Positions 25,368 to 35,364 of a DNA stretch of 62,000 nt are shown one piece after another. Source of the stretch: Vicugna vicugna. Lineage: Eukaryota. Within the stretch, counting starts at the first letter, position 1, and each line of letters starts with the position of its first letter. Below the pieces are notes generated by a model. That model was given only the letters and a program-made list of their open reading frames with translations, was not told where the DNA came from and searched no databases. The DNA lies in the NCBI GenBank assembly GCA_013265495.1, contig MU058781.1, positions 11,637,009-11,699,008 of the forward strand, in the 5' to 3' direction. A program made the position numbers and the translations under genes.

Positions 25368-25775
25368 ATGGCATCCTTATCACCCAGATCTGTACCAAAC
25401 TTTAGCTCAAAGGGTCAAGGAAAAGAAAATAGCATCCTGGAGATAGTTGGTCAAGGGAAGAGTTACATGAGCTTATCTAATCTCACTCCAGGCCTTCCCA
25501 CATTCCTCCACCTGGACATGATTAAAGTTCACCATATGGACTCAGAGTTCCAATTCCTTTTGTGTCCACCATCACATTTTGAAAACTTAGGCTCTTTGCA
25601 CCAAGGCCCTGGGGGGTAAGACGGGGAGCTTAGAACTCCACCTGGTGGTCAGAATATTGTTTTAACAGGTTTTTGCTAAGCATTGGTTGCACTGTTATTT
25701 AAGCACTTGATTGATAAAGGTTTGTTTTCTTAAGGGCTCTGCAAATGATCACAAGATCAGATACTATACAAGGAG
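25368..25775 (+). pseudogene. EBLM: bornavirus matrix protein remnant (83-aa ATG ORF 25368-25619 plus frameshifted continuation)
   Basis: KSYMSLSNLTPGLPTFLHLDMIKVHHMDSEFQFLLCP (25458-25568) versus recalled BoDV-1 M HSYVELKDKVIVPGWPTLMLEIDFVGGTSRNQFLNIP. Downstream, LRTPPGGQNIVLTGF resembles IDVEPAGHSLVNIYF, and LIDKGLF/FLK resembles PIRKYMFLR. Confidence 0.8.
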
Positions 25776-25779
25776 ACCC

Positions 25780-25845
25780 TTCCTTTGGAGGCCAGTTGGC
25801 CTAGGTGATCTCTAAAGTCCACTCTAAATCTTAGATTTTATGATG
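25780..25845 (+). mobile_element. L3/MIR3 3'-terminal remnant abutting the 3' edge of the EBL
   Basis: gttggcctaggtgatctctaaagtccactctaaatcttagattttatgat resembles ttggactagatgacctctaaggtcccttccagctctgagattctatgat. Confidence 0.65.
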
Positions 25846-27544
25846 CTTTCATAATTCGTCTCGTCACAAACACAAAAGACATTACAAGCAGTCCTCACTT
25901 TGCAGGTTCCCACCACTGCATCTCTGAAGACAGTTCACCTGGGCACCTGAAATGGAGTACTGATCGTTATTACATGCGCTAGGTGTCATGAAGAAGAAAG
26001 ATTCTTAAAGGATAGGAAGTGGGAAGTTTTACTGGGCATATGAAATAGAAGGTGCATAAGATAAATGGCTGCTCCTAGGAGTGAAGTGGAGGGCAGCAGG
26101 GAGGGGAGCCCCAAGGGGGCGGCCACAATGGAAGACGGAACACACTGGCAGGAGTGAGGAGTCAGGGCACAAAGGCAAACTTCCTCTACTGCCTCTTTGT
26201 GGGTTTTTCCCCGTTTTATTTCATGTTTATTATTTTCATTCATTATTAGGTCATTTACTGAGCCCCTGAACTGCTTCTGTTTGCCCGTAGACTTGGCACA
26301 CTACAGCTCAAATTTTTTAAGAAGACTAGAAATTGTCAAATTGATTTTTATAACCATCCTTAGATATTGGAGGGAGATGAACCATCTGCAATATCTATTT
26401 AGACAAGCAACAGCCACTTCAGCTCAGGCAAATGAGGACTCTGAGTTGGAAGAAATCTTAGAGGCCACTTAGCCTAACCCTCAACCAAAGTAGGAATTTC
26501 CCTTTAAAACCGCTGTATGGAGACCAGCAGGCTTCTGCCTATAACACACCCCCAAACTTGATTCACCTTCAGTAAATCCAGTCAGCATCCTCGCATACAG
26601 ACAAGACAGATGCTAAGGGTCTGATTACCATCTTGCTCAATGAGAACAGTACATTTGCACATGGAGGGTTTGATAATAATACAGCACAATTGCAAAAAGA
26701 GGATCTGGAGGACAAAAATGATTGCTCAAATAAATATATCATTTCCAGTTTGAAAAAATAACCAGCTGATGAGAAATCATTTATGTATTGAGAGCTGAAA
26801 CCGATTTTGGTGAAAGTGAGCCCATATACAGAAGATCACTGCTTTTTTGGAGTCATTTTCTTTCTGTCTTTGACACTACACCAAATATTACTTTCTTTTA
26901 GAAATTCTATTAACAGTGTTACAGAAAATTTAGGAAAAACATGCATAATCCTATCAATGAATACACTTTCCTTTTGTATTTCTTCCTCACCAACCCTTGC
27001 TCAAATGCACACACAGTTTTACACAGCTATCATCAAAGGGTTCAAATTATTGGATTTTGAGAAGATGCTGTCACTTTGTTCCTATATATTCATTTCCCCC
27101 TTCTTTCTTGTTAATAAAACCCTGGTCTTGCCTCCAAGTGGCAATATGCCTGGCCCCAGGTGATGAATCAAGTTTGATAAGCCAATTGTAATCATACTGT
27201 TCCCTATTTTTCCTTATAGCTAAAGAGTGATCCGTGAACCAGCTTTGGCCAGAGACATGTAGGGAATGCCTGCAGGGAGTGCTTCTGGGAACGTTCTCAC
27301 TTTCATCATAAGAGGGAATTCCGTTACCCCTTCTTTCTATATTGATCATAGACATGATGGCTAGAACCTTGGCAGCCATCTTGTGACCAAGAAGAAAAGC
27401 TCAGAGGAATCACAGAGATGTCAGCCTTGAACAAACACTGAAACTGGATTTCTTGGCTTTTGAGAAAAATGAACTCATATGATATCATATGGCAATTTTC
27501 TTTCTCTTTCTGACTTAACATCACTTAGAATGACAAAGATAGAT

Positions 27545-27662
27545 TTTTTTTCCCTGTTTTTTTAAATTGAAGTATAGTCAGTTTACAATGTTGTGTCAAT
27601 TTCTGGTGTACAGCATAATGTTTCAGTCATCTATACACATACATAAATTCCTTTTCATATTT
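27545..27662 (-). mobile_element. Short young L1 3' tail
   Basis: ttttttaaattgaagtatagtcagtttacaatgttgtgtcaatttctggtgtacagcataat. Confidence 0.85.
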
Positions 27663-28869
27663 AAAGAAGTTAGATCTTAAATGAATAATTATTAATTTCT
27701 CTTTGAGGGATAAATTGTATTTGTCTATTGGCCTTAAAGTTTTATCTCCCTTTCAAAACTTTCCCACTATCTTGCCTCCACAAATTCCAATCTCCTTCTA
27801 CTTTGTGCTCGTAATTCAAGTGAGAGGTGCCCTGGAATTCTCTGTTCCTGCTGGTACATTTCACCCTCTACGTCCTCCAAAGGCTGATGAGTCACTGAGC
27901 ATCTTAAAGCACAGACTGTACCACCAAGCGACATTGCAAAAGTTTCTGATAATACCTAAAAGGGTATGAGTTCTAAGAACTCCACTAACAGGCAGGGGAG
28001 GGGTTTGGAAGAGGAAGCAGACAGCGCTAGCGGTCACAGCACAGCTCTCTAAGAAGCTGGGATGAGAAAGGAAACACCCACTCTCCTTTTCGGCTTTGGG
28101 GAAAAACAAACAAATTTTGCCATGGCTGAAAGCCTAGAGGAACAGGAAGCCAAACGCTGTGTGGTGCTGCTGCCTCAAGCCCTGTGGCCCTGGAACGGGA
28201 GGCTGCATGAGTCTCAGCACCAGGTTCCAAGTGGGGCTCTCTAGAGCCGAGGGCCTAGAGCAATTATTTCATTAGCTCAACACAAGTTTCTACTCTGATT
28301 TGGCTGTGGAGACATGGACTCTTTTATTTTTTTAGTATCTTCCTAATAACTACTGAGGACAATGGCCACTATCTTACCCTTTCAATAGATGAAGAAAAGA
28401 CTGTTAAATGCAAAAGACCTCGAACAGAAGATGTTCCATGTTTGCATGGTAAGCTGGATCTCACAGTCTACCTTCGTCATGATCTGTACCCCAGAGCACA
28501 TCATTTATTTCATAACACATGACTTTTCCCTACCTTGAAGGACTAAGGGGACCATCTGATTCATTTTCCTTAGTACTGACACAGGGCCTGGTCCGTAGGA
28601 GGCACTCAACACTAGGAAACTATGACAAATCCTTACTCGATAAACTGCAAATGTGAGAGACAAAAATGTTAGCGTGAATGAAGTGAGTGGGTTTCCACTT
28701 CATACATCAGCAACAAGATATGATCAAATAAAGTTTCATTTTATTTCCAAGATGATTGTTTTCATAATTAGTGTTTCATTCTCTTTTCATGCCTCTCTAA
28801 AAGCTCTCTGCATTCTAAGCATACTTCTCTTCCCCTCATATCTTTTATCCTTTGTCCCTTCCTCCCCGC

Positions 28870-29200
28870 CCACTCCCAACTCCTTTCTTGGTGATCTTGG
28901 TACTCTGTGGCTTTGGCACTGACCTCTCTGTCCATGACTCCTAAATCTACATCTACACCAAGGCTTTTCTCCAGGGTCCCAGACCTGTTCTTCCAACTGC
29001 CTTGTAAGCATTTCTACACTGATGTCCTGGAAGGACCTCAAATACAACCTACCACCAAATGAGCTCTTCATGGCAGCACCAGTCCCTACCTCACCTGCTC
29101 TGCCACCTCTACTTCCTGTTGTATTTAGTGACATCGCTTCAGGCAACCAAAGCTGGAAACACTGGCAATGCCTCCTACAGGAGTGTCAAATGGGACTGTT
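28870..29200 (+). mobile_element. L2 fragment
   Basis: atgactcctaaatctacatct...tccaactgccttgtaagcatttctacactgatgtcc...acctcaaatacaac. Confidence 0.7.
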
Positions 29201-29234
29201 TCTGCCTCATTTTCTCTTGAGGTACCCAGACAAG

Positions 29235-29671
29235 TGTAGTAGGCTGAGTAATGATCCCCCCCAAAGATATGCACATCTGAATGCCTAGAACCTATGAATA
29301 TGGTAGCTTACATGGCAAAAAGGACTTCGTGGATGTGATATAGTTAAGGATCTTGAGACAGAGAGATTATCCTGGTTGGCCCAATGGAATCACAAGGGCC
29401 TTTGTAAGAGCGGTCAGTTGGGGGAGGAGAGGACAGGAGCTGAGTTGGAATGATGCGGCCATTAGCCAAAGTGGCTCTAGAAGCTAGAAAAGGCAAAAAC
29501 CAAAACCAAAACCGACTCTCCTAGGAGCTCCAGAAGGAATATAGTCTTTGATTTTAGCCCCAGAAGACCCATTTCAGACTTCTGACCTCCAAAGCTGCAA
29601 GATAAAGTTACGTTGTTTTAAGCCACCAAGTTTGTGGTAGTTTGTTACATCAGTCATGGGAAACTAATACA
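29235..29671 (+). mobile_element. MLT1 (MaLR) solo LTR
   Basis: TG...CA ends: tgtagtaggctgagtaatgatccccccaaagat...gttttaagccaccaagtttgtggtagtttgttac...aaactaataca. Confidence 0.9.
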
Positions 29672-31677
29672 GCAAGAGATTGCAAATACCAAAGTGAGTG
29701 GGAGCAGGTTTCCAAAGAAAGTGGCCCCTGAGATATCTGCTCCAAGGATCAGGGTGACAGAAGTGCAGACAGGATTTGGTGAGGAGGTGGGTCTGGGGAG
29801 CTGCTGGCATTTGTGGGTCTCCTCCCTTCCCCCTCTTAGCGGAAGAGGTAGGCGCAACTTCCAACTACAGCTTGTTGAAAGGAGCTTCAAGAATTCCTAT
29901 CAGAGACCTTTACAATATGTTTCATGTTGTTGGGACATGCAGACAACTAGTGCCTGAAGCATCCCTGCTGAGGTTGAGGCTGACTGACGTCAAGGGCTGA
30001 GGTCTGAACCCACGTGGGAAGTCAAGAGAGCCTGAGGGTCCAGAAATCCAGGGAGCAAGTGAAGGAGGACAGATTTGGAGGCTGAGGCAGGAAAATTCTG
30101 CTGGCGGACCTTCCCTCCCAGAGGTAGCGGGTACACGGGGTGCGTTAGGGTTTCCTTGGGACCAGTGTGGGTCACCCCAGGAGAGAGAGAGGTGTGGGGT
30201 CGCCTGTCCAATTGGCGACCTGGAGGGCAAGGCAGGGAGACGAAGATGGCTGGGGATGTGCTGCCCAAGGCCCAGGGCTTGAGAAAGGAGCCACGGGTGC
30301 TGCAGAGAGAAGTCGGCAGGGACCCTCTGAAGTGCCCCGGAACCGGCCCAATGAGCCAAAGCCAAAGTAAGACCTGCCCCAGCCCCTTATCTCTTTGGAG
30401 TTTTGACTATTCCTTGGGACTGGACATTTACATTCCTGAATTGAGCCTGTTTTGTAACTAAAAGTGATCACAGGGTTTGCCTGAGGGTGACCAGCAGAGT
30501 CATGCAGGGGCCACCTCCTCTTAACTAGAAGCAAAGAAGCTCCTCCCCTCCCCTCGTAAAGTTCAGAGGGACTGTGGGAGAAAGTAAAGGTGCCTTTTGA
30601 TGCAAACCATGCCTCTTGCTTATTTGATACCCTACCCACCCTTGGTGTTTTTTCTACTCCTGGCCCAAGTCCTGCCGCTGGCATCTGCCCACCCTCTCCT
30701 CCATCCCTCCCCGCACCTGCTCTCAGACCCCGCCACTCCCTCAGGTGTCCCTCGGCCTCCCTGCCCACATCTCTCCTCCTTCCCGCCCACCTTCACCACC
30801 ATGGCCTCCGCCACCTTCCGCAACTCTCAATGACCCTGTCACGAGTGGCTGGAAACTTCCCCGAAGCTCCCTGCTCCCCAGGAGAGTCTAGAGAATGAGA
30901 TGCCAGCCGCTGTGTGTGGTGTTTGGGGCCCTTCACAGTCCGACTTCTAGTCACTGGCACCGGGTTCCCTGTCCTCCAGCTGCAGGGCTGCTCGCCGCCG
31001 CCTAGATATATCACGCACCCCAGTACCTTTGCTCTTCCTCTTCCTTGGTCCCCCCTGCCCACTCCCATTAGACCCCCTTCTTTGTGAAACTCCTAAACCA
31101 TCCTCTGAAGACCCACTGGAAATGTCAGTTCCTCTGTAAACCTTGGCCAGTCTTCCCAAACAGAAGTGACCTTCCCCTCGTCCTCCTTGGGGTCCCCCCA
31201 GCACGTTATCCATTTCCAGTGCAGGGCACTGTGCTCAATGCGGAGCACCAGGGTAGGTGAGGTGGGGCCTTTGTCCTGAAGACCTTCTGGATGCTCAGTC
31301 TACTGAGATAGGCAGAGAGGTACAACGACAGCAGCAGTGGCCGGATGGGGCCTCCCCCATGGCCTGACTGTGTCACACTTTATAACACACACGTGTAAGG
31401 TAACACACATCTCCTCCACTGCACTGTGAGCTGCTAGTCTGGGAAATTCCCAAGGACAAGGGTCAGGTTTTAGGTCCCTCTATCTCCTCTCGGACAGTGC
31501 CTTATATACAGCCCACACGCCATGATGCTCAGTTTTACAGAAAGAGAAGATAAAAAATTCTGTCTTGAATTTGTGTAGCAATTTATAGGAATCAAGGCAC
31601 TTTTCACATACCCATCTAATGGACTTCTCCAGGACGGTGGTCTCTAGCGTGGGTACTTTCAAGAAATACTATTTCCT

Positions 31678-31825
31678 GGGGGGAGGGTGTAGCTCAGTGG
31701 CAGAGTGTGTGCTTAGCATGCTCAGGGTGATGGGTTTGATCACCAGAACCTCCATTAATAAATAAATAAATGCACCTAATTATCTCCCTCTGACCCAAAA
31801 AAAGCAAAGAGAAAAAAATTTTTTT
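31678..31825 (+). mobile_element. tRNA-derived SINE (Vic-1 type) inserted in MER5A, with 13-bp TSD
   Basis: ggggagggtgtagctcagtggcagagtgtgtgcttagcatgc...; TSD aaatactatttcc at 31664-31676 and 31826-31838. Confidence 0.9.
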
Positions 31826-32989
31826 AAATACTATTTCCAGGTCCCACCTCCAGAGACACTGATGGAATTACTTGGTGTGGGCTCAGGTATTGATATTTTT
31901 TAAAAAATTACCCTTTGGTGATTCTACCACGTAGCTAGGCTGGAGAAGCTCTGCTCTCCAAGTGGGGCAAGTGCCACCTCCACTTGGTTTGTGGGGAAAT
32001 GGAAGCAGGCAGAGGTCATATAATTTGCTTGAGCTCACGGAGCCTGTTAAGGAGGGAGTCAGGACATTGCTTCAGGATGGCCTGGCCTCAGGAAAGGAAG
32101 CAAGAATAGTGAATGGAGCGCTGATGAAGGTGCAGGGTCTTGCAAACAGCATTCCACTGTAAAGCACCAGTGATGCTGGCCTCATGGGGAAGGCAGGCCA
32201 CTAGCAGTAGGGAGCCCAAAGGGAAGTGCAGTTTGCTAGAGAAAACCTGCTTCCTTGTGGTGGGTCAGACAAAATACAATATTTTTACCCTGTGTTTCTT
32301 TGCCTATTGGTCTTTATCTTGATTAACAGTTTCTCTGAATTCACTTGCCCTCTTCTGGTGACTCCATCCTAGATACTCCAGCCTGAGGTGTTAATTTGGT
32401 TAATTAAACAAAAGGAATCTCTTAGAAGCCATCTTAAGACTCTGAAGGCCAAATTTCCCCCAAAACATTCACTACTGCCAGATTTCCAAGGTTCACGAAA
32501 ATACCAACGAATTCATAGGAAGTAGATCCTCAGTTTTAACTCTGAACTTGGTTCAAAACCATGAAACTCAACGAAGAGTAAGAAACCATAAAACCAGTCA
32601 CCACTCAGACAGCCCCTAGGTTGTGAGTAAGTTGAATTCCAAAAGTTTGTAAATCAATTGTTTGGAATGCATAATAGACTTTCCTACAGAAACCATCTTC
32701 AAAATAATGGTGAAGTTCTCAAGCTCTCCCATAAAGTTTATCTCAGGCAGGGTTTATCTCAGATAAACAAGGATTATTGATAGAGTGGAGAATTCCAGAA
32801 ATTCTCCATCATTACTTTCTGGGAGAAAAGTAAAGAAGAATTCGACATCCTGAGGGGGTGGGGGAGGCGCTTTGTTGTCCCCAAGCAAGTGAGAAACCAA
32901 GAGGGCACAGGCTTTTGCTGGTCAAGGCTGGAGGGAAACACCAGCAGAAGTGGTGGTTACCCACTGATTATCTTGTGTTGGGAATTCAG

Positions 32990-33092
32990 TGTATACACAC
33001 ACATACATATACATGCATGCATATACACATATGTACAAACACACGCACATATATACAGACATACATATTTACACACACACGCACACACACAT
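32990..33092. repeat. Imperfect (CA/TA) microsatellite
   Basis: Directly visible. Confidence 0.85.
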
Positions 33093-33494
33093 GGATTTAG
33101 GACTCAAAAGAATCTCACAGAGGAGCAGTTTCCCAGTATCCAGCCTTTGAATCTTTGGGTGAGACATGGAGGATGAGACAGGGGTGGCCAGGACTCCGTG
33201 TATAACTGCCACATTACTTTGGATCTTTCATCATAATCATAGAGCCACATTTTATTCTGCTCTTTTACAAAGTAAAAGTTTATCAAGAAACTCTGGTTGA
33301 TTTATGTTACACTATAATGCATGAGGTTGATTAATGGTATCATTCTGTATTATACTGCGAATCCAAGCAGAGCTTTTTTCCTTAGGATAAGATCTACAAG
33401 CACATTACATCTTCAGATTTTGTGTTCCTTAATAAAACACAGGCTGGAGCATAAGTCAAATGAAACAAGTTCCTAACTATAAAATCAGAGTGCA

Positions 33495-33980
33495 TGCCCC
33501 TGTCTCACACTGTACACAAAAATTAAAATAGACCATAGACCTAATGTTAAAGCAAAAACTATAAAACTCTTAGAAGAAAACCTAGGAGCAATTCTTTGTG
33601 ACCTGGGATTGGGTAATGGTTTCTTAGCTGCGACACTGAAAGCAAAAGCAACAAGAGAAAAAGTAGATATTTTGGATTTCATCAAAATTAAAAACTTTTG
33701 TGCTTCAAAGGACATTATTATAAAAATGAGATGATCCTATAGAATGGGAGCAAGTATCTGCAAATCATATATTTGACAAGAGGGTTGTGTCCAGAACATA
33801 TAGACAACTCTTACAACTAATTAAAAGGACAAATAACCCAATTTTTAAAAAGGGGATAAAAGTTTGAATAGACATTCCTCCAAAGAAGAGAAACAAATGG
33901 CCAATATAATCATGAAAAGATGTTTAAAGCCATATGTCACTAAAGAAATGCAAATTTAATCCAGAATGAGATACACTTCC
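33495..33980 (+). mobile_element. L1 ORF2 3' fragment
   Basis: aaaactataaaactcttagaagaaaacctagg...ttggatttcatcaaaattaaaaacttttgtgcttcaaaggac. Confidence 0.9.
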
Positions 33981-34915
33981 ATTGTGAGTCACTGGAAACC
34001 TTTGATTTATTTCTTTTTGTTCCAGAGAGGTGAGTGCCCGTAGAAAGCTCTCTGGCACAAAGTGAGGTGCTCATTAGAATATGCAAAAATAGCATCTCAC
34101 CTAGGGAATGCCTGTCATCTATGTTCAGATTGTTTATTTTTTCCCCTTTTCTCTCTCTCTTAAAAAAATCATTAAATAAGTACAGAACCCCAGGAAGAAG
34201 CTCTAACTTTTGGTTGGATAATACTCAGGTCATATCAGTGACTCTTTTTCCTGGGAGTGGTTCTTCAGTGGTGGTCTGAGACAGCAGGTGGTCCTTGATC
34301 AGCCTATAAATCAAGTGTCTACAGCTCCCATGTTGACAGGGCAGGACAGGGAGGGCAGAGCAGGGAGGATGAATGAGGACACAGTGGGGTGGGGATGGTG
34401 AGGAACAGGGTGGTGAGCATCTGCCTTGCCTAAGTGTGGGCAGCCACTTTCCACTGGTAATAGAAGCTGGAAAACAGGATTTTGTAAAATCTTTGTTTTT
34501 TAAAAAGCTGTTAACCAAACTTTGAAAAAATTTAAATCACTTGTGCAGGCCAAACAAAGCATTTGTGGGCTGGGTTCCAACCACAGACCCCAAGTGTGTG
34601 ACTGAGGCTATAGGTGGTCTCTATGCTGGTTCTTTTGTACAATTAAATGATACTTGGAGTTCATCTAGTGTAACCTCCCACTCCATGTTAAAATCCCTTC
34701 TGCAACAGATGGTCACCTTGAATTTAAGTATGTTAATAATTCAAGCCAGAAATGTGCAGTTTCTTCGTTGGCTTCTTTTTTGAAAAATTGTGGGGTGAGA
34801 TTAGGTAAGGAGATGAGTAGAGGTGGGTTGAATGGAGCAGACCTAAGATACAGGGCTAGAAGGGGCTTCAGTGTTGACTGTTTTTTAAATTAGTCTCTTA
34901 TGGCTAATTCTAGTA

Positions 34916-35364
34916 CAGACATACCTTATTTTACTGCACTTTGCAGATAATGCATTTTTAATAAATTGAAGATTTGTGGCAACCGGGCAACACTTTCTCA
35001 ACAGCATTTGCTCACTTTTGTGTCTTTGTCTATTTTGGTAATTCTCGCAGTATTTCAAACTTTTTCATTATTACTATATTTGTTATGATCTGTGATCAGT
35101 GATCTTAGATATTACAAGTGCAAAAAATTACAACTTGCTGAAGACTCAGATGACGGTTAGCATTTTTTAGTAATGAAGTATTTTTAAATTAAGGTAAGCA
35201 CTTCTTTTAGACATAATGTTATCACTTCACACTTAATAGACTGTGGTATAGTGTACACATAACTTTTCTATGCACCAGGAAACCAAAAAAGTTGACTCTA
35301 TTGTGATACTCGCCTTATTGTGGTGGTCTGGAACCAAACCCGCAGTCTCTCTGAGGCCTGCCTA
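34916..35364 (+). mobile_element. Internally deleted Tigger1-type (TcMar) element
   Basis: Both Tigger1 termini are present (cagacatacctt...; ctggaaccaaacccgcagtctctctgaggcctgccta), flanked by TA. Confidence 0.85.

Larger units (their letters stand above)
22845..25775 (+). other. Multi-gene endogenous bornavirus-like element (N-P-G-M remnants), decayed
   Basis: Repeat-free, A-rich block. Same-strand, collinear motif matches to BoDV-1 N, P, G and M after manual translation across stops and frameshifts (see sub-features). Boundaries approximate. Confidence 0.85.

Noticed and set aside
29900..31250. Cluster of long overlapping ORFs (up to 198 aa) in GC-rich DNA
   Set aside because: Low-complexity Pro/Gly/Arg translations open on both strands, no recognisable domain and no convincing splice structure; expected from base composition.
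31678..31755. tRNA-like sequence with A/B boxes (also ~8290-8366, minus)
   Set aside because: It is followed by a SINE body, A-rich tail and TSD, so it is a SINE head rather than a tRNA gene.
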